A model generated the notes under the pieces. That model did not search any database. It saw only the letters and a list, made by a program, of their open reading frames with translations, and was not told where the DNA came from. A program made the position numbers and the translations under genes. A stretch of 63,147 nt of DNA, counting the filler, from Octopus bimaculoides (lineage: Eukaryota), in the NCBI RefSeq assembly GCF_001194135.2. It is 10 parts of 9 records of this genome, joined end to end, with 100 filler letters (N's around TTAATTAATTAA, not from the genome) between each part and the next. Parts side by side here need not be neighbours in the genome. Positions count along the whole stretch, not along the records: positions 52,695 to 55,225 come from NC_068985.1; positions 55,326 to 58,762 come from NC_068986.1; positions 58,863 to 60,856 come from NC_068983.1; positions 60,957 to 63,147 come from NC_068987.1; 6 more parts are not named here. One strand, written 5' to 3'. Of the stretch, positions 52,595 through 63,147 are shown one piece after another. How positions within the stretch are numbered: position 1 is the stretch's first letter; the number at the start of each line of letters is the position of its first letter.

Positions 52595-53073
52595 NNNNNN
52601 NNNNNNNNNNNNNNNNNNNNNNNNNNNNNNNNNNNNNNTTAATTAATTAANNNNNNNNNNNNNNNNNNNNNNNNNNNNNNNNNNNNNNNNNNNNATACGT
52701 GTGTATGTATGTATGTATATATAATTACATATAAACGCGCCAGGCACGTCATGTCTATGTAACTTTATGAATCTCTGATAAAAGTGATATGGTAGTATGT
52801 CTACTGTATCAGAATATAGCTTATAATAATTCGTGTATCACGAGTTCGAATTTGATTCGCAAGAATCGTTGTTTTTCTAGTCCAAACACTTTGTCTTACA
52901 ATTGTTGTCAGAAGGATTAGGTCTCATATCAGTGCGGGTATGGACTGATATCTAAGCGAAAGGGTCAGTAAAGTGCTCAGTACTGACCCCTATGTGTTGT
53001 GGAGCCTATGTGGCTTTCCAAGGTTCCAATAAACACCTGAAATGATTTGGAATATTAAGGACGTTGCTCAGGG

Positions 53074-53147
53074 GGCCGCGTAGCTTAATGGTACGGAGCA
53101 CTCAGCCGGTATCCGAGAGGTACGGAGTTCGATTCTCCGTAGCCGCC
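53074..53147 (+). pseudogene. tRNA-like sequence (pseudo-tRNA or SINE head)
   Basis: D arm GCTT/GAGC, anticodon arm CTCAG/CCGAG with loop CCGGTAT, perfect T arm CGGAG-TTCGATT-CTCCG. The acceptor stem does not pair. Confidence 0.55.
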
Positions 53148-53658
53148 TGCAGGCAACTTTTTTAAAATGTGGTGAACTGGTAGAATCTTTAGCACACCGG
53201 GCAAAACGCTTTACCGAATTTCGCCCGTCTTCACGCTTTCAGTTCAAATTCCGCCGCGGTTCACTTTGCCTTTCATCCCATCGGGATCAATAAAACAAGT
53301 ACCTGTGCTCAACAGGTACTTATTTTATTGGTGTAGTTGACCAAGATTTGAAACCAATATTGAGAGTGCTGAAAAATTAGGGAGCTGAATTCGGAAAGGA
53401 ATGGTAATCTAAAACTAAAACTCTAATTTCCAGATAAATATCAATGCCATTACTAGTATTCACTAAACACATATTTTACATCAAATATTCCGAATATGTC
53501 AATATAATATCACTGAACTTTTGTTATTCATTATCAATTTTTGTTAAGTATTTTCATTAAATTTCTTTAAACATTTCTTATTAAAAAGTGATAATGATTC
53601 AAAAGAATGAAGGAATTATTGCTTTTAAATCGAAATTTTTATCTATTTTTTATCATCA

Positions 53659-53974
53659 TTATTATTATTATTATTATTATTGTTCAGTAGTTTTATTTTT
53701 ATAACGTGCTTTCACTTCACTACCGAGCGCAGCTCTGTGCGCCTTGGGTATGTGCTGTGGTTTGCTGTGGTGCTCTTGTGTTTACTGTATTGAAAGTGTT
53801 TTGCGTAGAATGTGTGCAGTACCCAGTAGCGCAATTTTCTGTATGTTATATATATTTGTAAGTCCTGGTGTTTTTGTTATGTATTTGTCTGAATATTTTT
53901 TTATTATACTTAAGGCATTTACTATGATAGGAATTGTTTCTGTTTTTAGATTCCACATTCGAGTTATCTCTATT
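53659..53974 (-). mobile_element. 3' end of an R4/Dong-like LINE with an (AAT)n tail
   Basis: EITRMWNLKTETIPIIVNAL...IQKIALLGTAHILRKTL is the C-terminus of a restriction-like endonuclease domain. Confidence 0.8.
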
Positions 53975-54138
53975 TNNNNNNNNNNAAACATTTCTTATTA
54001 AAAAGTGATAATGATTCAAAAGAATGAAGGAATTATTGCTTTTAAATCGAAATTTTTATCTATTTTTTATCATCATTATTATTATTATTATTATTATAGG
54101 ACTTATTTAATTTTTCAGAAATGAATTTTACAAATGAA

Positions 54139-54370
54139 GGCGGCGAGCTGGCAGAAACGTTAGCACGTCGAGCGAAATTCTTAGCGGTATTTCGTCTGCA
54201 GTTACGTTCTGAGTTCAAATTCCGCCGAGATCGACTTTGCCTTTCATCCTTTCGGGGTCGATAAATTATGTACCAGTTACGCACTGGGGTCGATGTAATC
54301 GACTTAACCCGTTTGTCTGTCCTTGTTTGTCCCCTCTATGTTTAGCCCCTTGTGGGCAATAAAGAAATAA
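54139..54370 (+). mobile_element. Full-length tRNA-derived SINE
   Basis: ggcggcgagctggcagaaacgttagcac...gagttcaaattccgccg...ctttgcctttcatcctttcggggtcgataa...aataaagaaataa. Confidence 0.85.
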
Positions 54371-54847
54371 GACTCATTAGCACGCCGGGTAAAATGCATG
54401 GGAATATTTCGTCCGTCTTTACGTTCTGAGTTCAAATTCTGCCAAGGCCAATTTTGCCTTTCATCCTTTCGGGGACGTCAATAAAACAAGTAGCAGTTGA
54501 ACACCGGGGTCGATGTTATCGACTTATCCCTTTCCTCGAAATTGCTAACCTCGTGTCAAAATTTGAAACCAATATTTTTTTCTACTATAGGCACAGGTCC
54601 TGATATTTTGAGGAAGGGGACTAGTCGATTACATCGACCCAGTACTCAACTGGAACATATTTTCTCGACCACCGAAAGGATGAAAGACATACGGCGTGTT
54701 AAAAATAGAATGATGAAGATTAAACATATTCTACTTTAGAGTTGTATTAATTTGTACCTGTATTGTTCTTTACTTAACATGATACTGTATACATGGTACA
54801 AAAATTTTAAGTGGATTAATAAATATCAAACAGAAGTGTATTAATTT

Positions 54848-54985
54848 GATTGCTTACCAACCACATGGTTCCGGGTTCAGTCTCACTGCGTGGTACCTTG
54901 GGCAAGTGTCTTCTACTATAGCTTCGGGCCGACCAAAGCCTTGTGAGTGGATTTGGTAGACGGAAACTGAAAGAAGCCCGTCGTA
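54848..54985 (+). mobile_element. CORE-like tRNA SINE
   Basis: ttgcttaccaaccacatggttccgggttcag...accttgggcaagtgtcttc. Confidence 0.8.
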
Positions 54986-55013
54986 TATATGCATATATAT
55001 ATATATATATATA

Positions 55014-55205
55014 CTAGCAGAAATACCCGGCGTTGCCCGGGTTAAAGAGAATAATGAAATCTAAAAACGCCGTATATATATGTATATCAATATAAATATA
55101 TGAAAGTCAATGAAGTTTCGTAAAAGAAGGTGATCATGTACATACTTTCTTGCTGTTGAGATTATAACACCTCGTTGTAAACAATGTTCCTTGTTTTCCC
55201 TTGTG
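55014..55205 (-). mobile_element. Helitron 3' terminus
   Basis: The minus strand encodes NLFVNAPQGKTRNIVYNEVL* (Rep/helicase C-terminus), then a hairpin CCCGG-GCAACG-CCGGG and a terminal CTAG followed by T. Confidence 0.85.
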
Positions 55206-56279
55206 GAGCATTTACAAATAGGTTTNNNNNNNNNNNNNNNNNNNNNNNNNNNNNNNNNNNNNNNNNNNNTTAATTAATTAANNNNNNNNNNNNNNNNNNN
55301 NNNNNNNNNNNNNNNNNNNNNNNNNGTGTCTTCGCATGATCTTTCATTATTTTCCAACAGACCCCTCCCACAATAATTTATTTTACTTTTCTGTTGTGAT
55401 TTGTGTTTGTTTTTTATCCTTCTTCCGGTATTGCTTGCATATTTATTTTATTTTGCTGTCTTTTTTTTTTTTTTCCTCTAGTTTACTTTTCTTTTTTTGT
55501 TATTCTCTTCTCCTTCCGAAACATACGGTGTTGTCAGCTCCGATAATAATAATGCCAGAAAAAAAAAAAAAAGCAGGTGATTTCAAACAAGTCTAAAGTA
55601 ATTCAACGAAGAAGCAAGGAAGGAGAAAGCTAGAAAAAAAACAACTTATATTTCTGAAAATAGAATGTACAAGGTATAGATGGCGCCACTTCTAGGTGTT
55701 GTTGGTTTTGTTAATATTTTATTTTTCATAAAGTGCTGCTGCTGCTGCCATTGCAGATGTGGCTATTTATAGTTGCTATAGTTGTTGTGGATTTGCAAGC
55801 TCTTAAAAGAGATTGTATGTTTAGTATTGTTTGCATTTTCCCGTTTTTTTAAAGGATATGCATATAGTTATTTTATTTTATTTTATTTTATTTTATTATA
55901 TTATATTATAATTCATTTTCCCTATTCTCGTTCATTTTTGGTATTGACATTTGCCATTGCAGTCTGCCCTTTCCATCTTTTTTATTTTAGCAAAATTTAA
56001 CAAATACTAAATAAATACTTTGTGTTAGGTTTATTACATCCATTAACAAAACTAACAAGAATTTTATAAAACTTTAAAACAGAGATTGCGTTATATTAAG
56101 ATGTTAGCAGAAGAGTTTTATATTAATAAGATGAATGATATATGTCAGATCCCATTCACATTTACAAAACTGAATTTAACAATATTGTGACTATGCATAC
56201 AAATATGTATAGTCCAACAGATACTCCAACCAAGATCAATGAAGTACTGAATGACAAGTTTAAAAGTGCCTTTACTACC

Positions 56280-56510
56280 CCGTTGGGACACAGACAAGCA
56301 AGTTACGGTTGTTTTTCATGCAATGGTGTGGGGTGGGCGAACAGAGACACACGAAGACACACACACACACACACACAAACACACGTTTATACGACGGGCC
56401 TCTTTCAGTTTCCGTCCACCAAATCTACTCAGAATGCTTTGGTCGGCCCAGGCTATAGTAGGAGACATTTGCCCGTGGCTGGGAAGCAAGTTTCTTACCA
56501 CACAGCCACT
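56280..56510 (-). mobile_element. CORE-like tRNA SINE
   Basis: acgacgggcctctttcagtttccgtccaccaaatctactc...ttcttaccacacagccac. Confidence 0.75.
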
Positions 56511-56756
56511 CCTGCTTCTAATATAAGAAAGAAGAGCGAAAATATCCAGCAGTATCTGATCCTTATTAAACAATTGATAAAGTGTAAGCTACCGTGTTTC
56601 ATGTGTATTTCGTTAACCACAAATTGTGCCAATGATAAAGAGGGACGTATAACATTTCTCACTATGTTTACAACTCAGGATAGATTGCAAGGAAGATAAT
56701 CCTCCGTAATTCAGGATTAAGCTGCTAACGACTATCTCAGACAGTTAGAAAAAATG

Positions 56757-57278
56757 CGAAGTCTGATCAATATGTATCTGGGCTGTGATTGGAAATCGTA
56801 TGATCACCAGATTAGTTATGGTTCATCATAGAATGTCCAGATTAGTTACGGTTCAATTCAGCCCATAATCACTGAAGATCTGCGTATGAAACGCTTGTCT
56901 GTCAAGTTTGTGCCAAAACTGTTTTCAGCCGGACAGAAGGACGTTCATGTTTCAGTTGCACAAGATCTTGATTGCGTCGAGAACGATGAACACTTTTTGA
57001 AAACTTTGCGTAGGCCTCTGAACAGGTGTTGCCAAGCATTTGGCAAAATCTAATGGAGATTCTCTGCTAAACTTTCTCTGTTATATTCAATGCGATAATC
57101 ACACGCTACACACCTTCCTTCCAAGCACTTTTGTCATCAGAGGAAGTGAGTTAGAACGTTACAACTGAGTGCGCATGCACAGCAGTGTTCAAGATCAATC
57201 TGTACTGAGTAGCTTTGCTCTACGTGCTTTAACTTTGTTACTATGAAAACAGTCCGGATACGTATTGATCAGACGACG
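56757..57278 (+). mobile_element. mariner deletion derivative with both TIRs
   Basis: GTCTGATCAATATGTATCTGGGCT / AGTCCGGATACGTATTGATCAGAC; internal ISYGSIQPIITEDLRMKRLSVKFVPKL. Confidence 0.8.
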
Positions 57279-58701
57279 TAAGGCATTTTTCTTAACTAAA
57301 AGAGAATGGTTTTATGACGTTAAGGAAAGGCCTAACTTGACGTCGGTAAGTTATAGAATGAGGCTCAGGTGAAGATGAAACTTCAAGATGTCCAAACCAA
57401 CTGCAGGATGTGAGTTGTCAATGTTTATATTCCTTGACAGTAGATATCAATAAGCAACTAATAATTGTTTTCTTGCTGATTGCATTACGGACAATGGATA
57501 ACTGATGAACTATCAGAAAACACGCAGATAGTTAATTCGAATCCCTAAGTTATTCTCTAATATAATAGCTTCCTTGGTTCTTCTTAAAAATAATATATTG
57601 CCCGTCCTTGCTATATTGTTCATTCCTAGAGAATGAATAATCTATGAGAATGTCTTCTTAGCTGGTAGGTGCGGATTCATATCCAAGAGTATTGATCTAA
57701 TAGACTGCTATTAATAACATCGTCACAATATCAACGTCTGAGTTCTTCTGTACCACAGAGAACCACACAGATGAAACTCCTCTCCCACGCATTGAAGGAG
57801 ACCACTGTTTATACACTTCTAGTTCCTATCATGCGTTGTTAGCAATGTCCGGCAAGGGACATATCTCGCTATCTATAAAACAAAAATGGTGTAGAGCATC
57901 TCAGAGTATCACAGCTATCGTGAACAAATACTTCTAAATATGTTAGTAAACAAACATAGTAGATAGCAATCATTTTGTAGGTAACAAGCCGATACCCTTC
58001 GTGTAATATGATAGGAAGAAAACAGTGAATAGATGAACCTCTAAAATGCGTGACCCTTAATGAAATTAAGGGTCAAGCATTACTATCATTTGCTAGTAAT
58101 GAGTTTTGTTGTAGTTCTTGCTATTGTTATGCTTACTTTAGCTGTCATGTCGCATACTTATCGGACTTGTGCGTGAACCTCAATCAGTTCACAACACTTC
58201 CTTGGAACAAGAAGAAAATTTCCTTCAAATTTCACTGTAATGTCAAGAAAGAACTTTGAAATATTGTACACTAGAAGAATGTGATGACATCTTCAAACCT
58301 TGGAACCTTTTGATAATTTAAAGAAATAAAACAAACATATATATCTATACCTTCTTCTATATCTATATTTGTAAATGTAAATATATATATATATCTGTAT
58401 ACATCTATCCTCTATATTTGAACTTTGAACACAAATCAGTAACTAGTATTGCCTGATTCATTATAAAGTTACAATTTCTCTCAACTCAGAGTTACTTCCC
58501 TTTGGCATCCCTTCCTGAGGATGGCATAACGAGTCAGAAATGTCTATAGACATACAATAGAGGGTGCCACTGAACTGATAATAGGCTATTAAAATACTTT
58601 TCATGAGCGTTGCAATGAAATTGCATTTAGAATCAAAATATGCTATAAACTTATTTCAATGTTGCTTCGCGCTACTGCGTATACATACATTCATACACTC
58701 A

Positions 58702-58762
<61 letters not shown>

Positions 58763-59455
58763 NNNNNNNNNNNNNNNNNNNNNNNNNNNNNNNNNNNNNN
58801 NNNNNNTTAATTAATTAANNNNNNNNNNNNNNNNNNNNNNNNNNNNNNNNNNNNNNNNNNNNAAGATGCAATGATGATTTTTATAATTGGATGAAAAATC
58901 TAGGGTTTTCTTTTTTATGTTAGTTTTTGTTTGGATAGAGGAAAGTATTCTCCTCTTGAACCTTTGCGAGAGTAAACTATATATGTTGTAGAGCAGCCTT
59001 CTGAATCTGGGACGTCAGAGCACATGATCATCATGGTGTTGGACAGGTCTGAAATTGAGAGGGTTCGCCCCTAAATCGGAGAAAATGAAATAAAAATGGG
59101 TACCCGTATAATTAGAATAAATTTGTGAGCTTACGATTTGGAAACCGGAAAGATAACTTCAAGCTGGTCTGATGGTCTGCATAGATGCTTAGTATCACGT
59201 TAGGTACAGACTTCCAGGCGAACAAGAACAAGACAGAGGTTAGAAGTAGGATACCCAGACTCAATCAGAAATATACTAATATTGAAGTTCAGGAAAAGGT
59301 GTTGAACACCTCCTACGCTTCGGTGGTGGCCTGATCATCTTGTCTAGTTTTAAGGCAATATGAGCAGACTAGATTGTCTACTCTTCTATTTCTTTAGTAA
59401 CAACACGTAGCCAGTGGAGCGTTCGAAATATTGTAGTTGATAATGCGCATGCATG

Positions 59456-59687
59456 AAGATGGCGGCGAGCTGGCAGAAACGTTAACGCACCGGGCGAAAT
59501 GCTTAGGGGGTATCTCGTCTGCCGTTACGTTCTGAATTCAAATTCCGCCGAGGTCGACTTTGCCTTTCATCCTTTTGAGGTCGATAAATTAAGTACCAGT
59601 TACGCACTGGGGTCGATGTAATCGACTTAATCCCTTTGTTTGTCCCCTCTATGTTTAGCCTCTTGTGGGCAATAAAGAAATAAGATT
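59456..59687 (+). mobile_element. Full-length tRNA SINE with a 13-bp TSD
   Basis: Flanked by atgcgcatgcatg at 59443-59455 and 59688-59700. Confidence 0.9.
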
Positions 59688-60961
59688 ATGCGCATGCATG
59701 TGCTGAGCCGGAGGCACTTGCATTGATTCTCAGACGAAAGATGCGTTTAGTCATCCTTTGTTGGAAATATTTTTTCTGCTGCTCGTATATTTAACGGAGA
59801 TATAGTCCTGGACCAAATTTTAAGCCGGGATAGGACGCTCGGTATCTCAAGTGCTACTTTCTTTTGACTGGGTGATGCAATCGGTGAAACACCAAACTCA
59901 CATTATATAGAAGGTTAGCGAGGATACGAGTGGCGATGTTTTTAGGAATACTCTGGACATCGATAAGGAAAACTTCTTGATTTCGAGTTATGTACAATTT
60001 CCAAACAATCTTGGAATGGCATTGGAATGGACTTCCTTCAGAAGCCAGAGAAACTACAAAACGTTCTCCATGTAAAGACAGCTCTCATAGGTAAGTAGGA
60101 CGGATCCGTGTTCTTTCATGATATCACACCGAAGCCTTCCTATAATATATAAAGCTTTTCCCTCTATTTGGCGGTTATGGCGAAAGAGGTAGCATGGTAG
60201 ACGTACCTCAGACGGCTTACGATAGATTTTTTTATCACTCGAAACAGAAAATGATACTGAAGAAGTAAATATTGCCCTCTAGCAAATTTTATGAAAGATG
60301 TGTATGCGATGTCAATTAGGTTCGAAATTTGTTTGTTTTTTTTAATGATAAATTGCATAGAAATTAAACGGGAAGACTCTAGAATTTAAAAAAATAATCT
60401 GTGATAATAGATTCAAGATATACCTTCAAGTGTGAGGGCATGCCATTGATGAGGTCGCGGAAAGCGACAAAAGGACTTTGACAAAACAATCAATTGATTA
60501 TTTAGCCAACACATTAAATAAATGATCGATTATTTAGTTGGTTACATAGTTAACCGATTGACTAAAAATAAAGAAGTAAGACTGAAGCAGTGAGTGTGTC
60601 AATTATTAATGGCATAACGACCCTCCTAAGACACAACATAATTAATTTTTTTTAATCTAATTTCACCTCTAATTGATTTAATAATATACACGTTACCTGA
60701 GGTTAATATACCTAAGTACTTTATATATGGGTATAAACGTACATAGATGCAAACACGCGCGCACACACACGCACAAACACCTCCGCTCACGAACGCACAT
60801 ACACACACACACACACATAATATATATGTGTATGTATATATATTTGTATATATATANNNNNNNNNNNNNNNNNNNNNNNNNNNNNNNNNNNNNNNNNNNN
60901 TTAATTAATTAANNNNNNNNNNNNNNNNNNNNNNNNNNNNNNNNNNNNNNNNNNNNATATA

Positions 60962-60999
<38 letters not shown>

Positions 61000-61179
61000 A
61001 GACCACTTGGTTGGTTACGATGATGAGGGTCCCAGCGAAATTAACGTGCAAGTGACTGAGCAATCCACAGACATGTGTACCTCTAATGTAGTTCTCAGGG
61101 AGACTCAGCATGACACATAGCGTGACAAGGTCAGCCCTTTGAAATACAGGTACTACTCCTATAATAATAATACAAATGC

Positions 61180-61551
61180 ATATATTTGTATACGTATACT
61201 TTTATTCTTTTACTTATTTCGGTCATTTGGCTGTGGACATGCTGGAGCACCGCCTTTAGTTGAGCAAATTGATCCCTGGGCTTATTCTTTGTAAGCCTAG
61301 TACTTATTCTACTGTCCCTTTTGCCAAACTGCTAGGTTACGGGAATGTAAACACACCTGCATCAGTTGTCAAGCGATGTTGCAGTGAACAAACACAGACA
61401 CACGCACATACATACATATATATATGTGTGTGTGTGCATGTGTCTTCTTTCAGTTTCCATCTACCAAATCCACTCACAAGGCTTTGGTCGGCCCAAGGCT
61501 ATAGTAGAAGACACTTGCCCAAGGTGCCATGCAGTGGAACTGAACCCAGAA

Positions 61552-61555
<4 letters not shown>
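61180..61555 (-). mobile_element. CORE-like tRNA SINE with a 3' extension
   Basis: Reverse complement of the 18895-19210 family. Confidence 0.75.
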
Positions 61556-61582
<27 letters not shown>

Positions 61583-61872
61583 NNNNNNNNNNNNNNNNNN
61601 NNNNNNNNNNNNNNNNNNNNNNNNNNNNNNNNNNNNNNNNNNNNNNNNNNNNNNNNNNNNNNNNNNNNNNNNNNNNNNNNNNNNNNNNNNNNNNNNNNNN
61701 NNNNNNNNNNNNNNNNNNNNNNNNNNNNNNNNNNNNNNNNNNNNNNNNNNNNNNNNNNNNNNNNNNNNNNNNNNNNNNNNNNNNNNNNNNNNNNNNNNNN
61801 NNNNNNNNNNNNNNNNNNNNNNNNNNNNNNNNNNNNNNNNNNNNNNNNNNNNNNNNNNNNNNNNNNNNNNNN

Positions 61873-63147
61873 TCATCATCATCATCATCATCGTTTAACA
61901 TCCGCTTTCCATGCTAGCATGGGTTGGACGATTTGACTGAGGATATATATATCCATTTGTGTGTATCATCATCATCATCATCGTCGTTTAATGTCCGCTT
62001 TCCATGCTGGCATGGGTTAGACGGTTTGACTGAGGACTGGCGAACCAGAAGGCTGCACCAGGCTCCAATCTGATCTGGCAAAGTTTCTACAGCTGGATGC
62101 CTTTCCTAACGCCAACCACTCTGAGAGTGTTGTGGGTGCTTTTACATGCCACCAGCACGAGGGCCAATCAGGCAGTTCTGGCAATGACCACGCTCAAAAA
62201 GTTTTTCTTTTTACGTGCTACCTGTACGGGAGCCAGTCCATCGGCACTGGCAACAACCACACTCAAATGTTGTTTTTCATGTACCAGTAAGGCAATGATC
62301 ATGCTCGAATGGTGGTTTTTATGTGCCACTTGCACGGGAGCCAATCTGTGGCACTGGCAACGATCATGCTCCGATGTGCTTTTAATGTTCCACTAGCACA
62401 AGTGCCAAACAGGTGGTATACTGTCAGTGGCCAGGTCAGCGATTTTGATTTTGATTTCATTTGCCTCAATAGGTCTTCGCAAGCAAAGGGTATTGTCCAA
62501 TGAATGAGGGGTACCCATAAGTGGGCTGGTTACACTTCATGCTTGGCTTTGCTTTTAATGTTTCACTGGCATGAGTGCCAATCAGGCGGTACTGTCATCG
62601 GCCATGTCAGTGATTTCGATTTTGATTTCACTTGCCTCAATAGGTCTTCGCAAGCAAAGTTTATTGTCCAATGAATGAGGAGTATTCATAAGTGGGCTGG
62701 TTACACCCACTGGCATAGGCCACAAGCTATGGTCTCACTTGGCTTGTCAGGTCTTCTCAAGCACAGCATCTCTCCAAAGGTCTCAGTCACTAGTCATTGC
62801 CTCGGTCATCACCCATACGAGTGCCGGTCGAGAAGGGAGTGAAGCATGGAGATACGATCTCTTCAAAACTTTTCACCGCATGTCTTGATCATATTTGTAT
62901 CATCATCATCATCATCATCATCGTTTAACGTCCGCTTTCCATGCTAGCATGGGTTGGACGATTTGACTGAGGACTGGTGAAACCGGATGGCAACACCAGG
63001 CTCCAGTCTGATTTGGCAGAGTTTCTACAGCTGGATGCCCTTCCTAACGCCAACCACTCAGAGAGTGTAGTGGGTGCTTTTACGTGTCACCCGCACGAAA
63101 ACGGCCATGCTCGAAATGGTGTCTTTTATGTGCCACCCGCACAAGCC
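61873..63147 (-). mobile_element. Stacked SINE/RTE-tail repeats with internal tandem units
   Basis: Three catcatcatcgtttaa starts. 62700-62810 encodes the LINE end EAMTSD*DLWRDAVLEKT on the minus strand. Confidence 0.75.

Noticed and set aside
52753-52810. Possible third hammerhead (CTGATAA...TATCAGAAT)
   Set aside because: Core G8 and GAAA are not intact and stems I and III are unsupported.
57300-60300. Higher-complexity sequence with a donor-like ATAG|gtaagt near 60090
   Set aside because: All frames are interrupted by stops and no protein family was recognisable by eye; it needs a translated search.

Overview
AT-rich, microsatellite- and transposon-dense animal genomic DNA. The SINE/LINE content looks cephalopod (Octopus-like; my inference). 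It is a scaffold of at least 10 pieces joined by an artificial 44N-TTAATTAATTAA-44N linker, so adjacency across linkers is unproven. The only confidently recognisable gene is a minus-strand inositol hexakisphosphate kinase (IP6K). I could splice four coding exons in frame (9687->2675, about 396 aa), with unusual poly-His and poly-acidic inserts; its N-terminal exon is not visible. There are weaker signs of two divergent promoter/first-exon regions (about 30.6 kb and 39.1-39.5 kb) and a decayed C2H2 zinc-finger array (21.6-22.2 kb). The rest is repeats: R4/Dong-like and RTE-like LINE remnants, a Penelope-like element, mariner, pogo/Tigger, hAT and Helitron remnants, three SINE families and several foldbacks. 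The most striking object is a 504-bp palindromic element at 14428-14931. It consists of two divergent tRNA-like (Pol III) heads, each followed by a Penelope-type minimal hammerhead ribozyme motif, and the whole dimer is flanked by a 12-bp target-site duplication.
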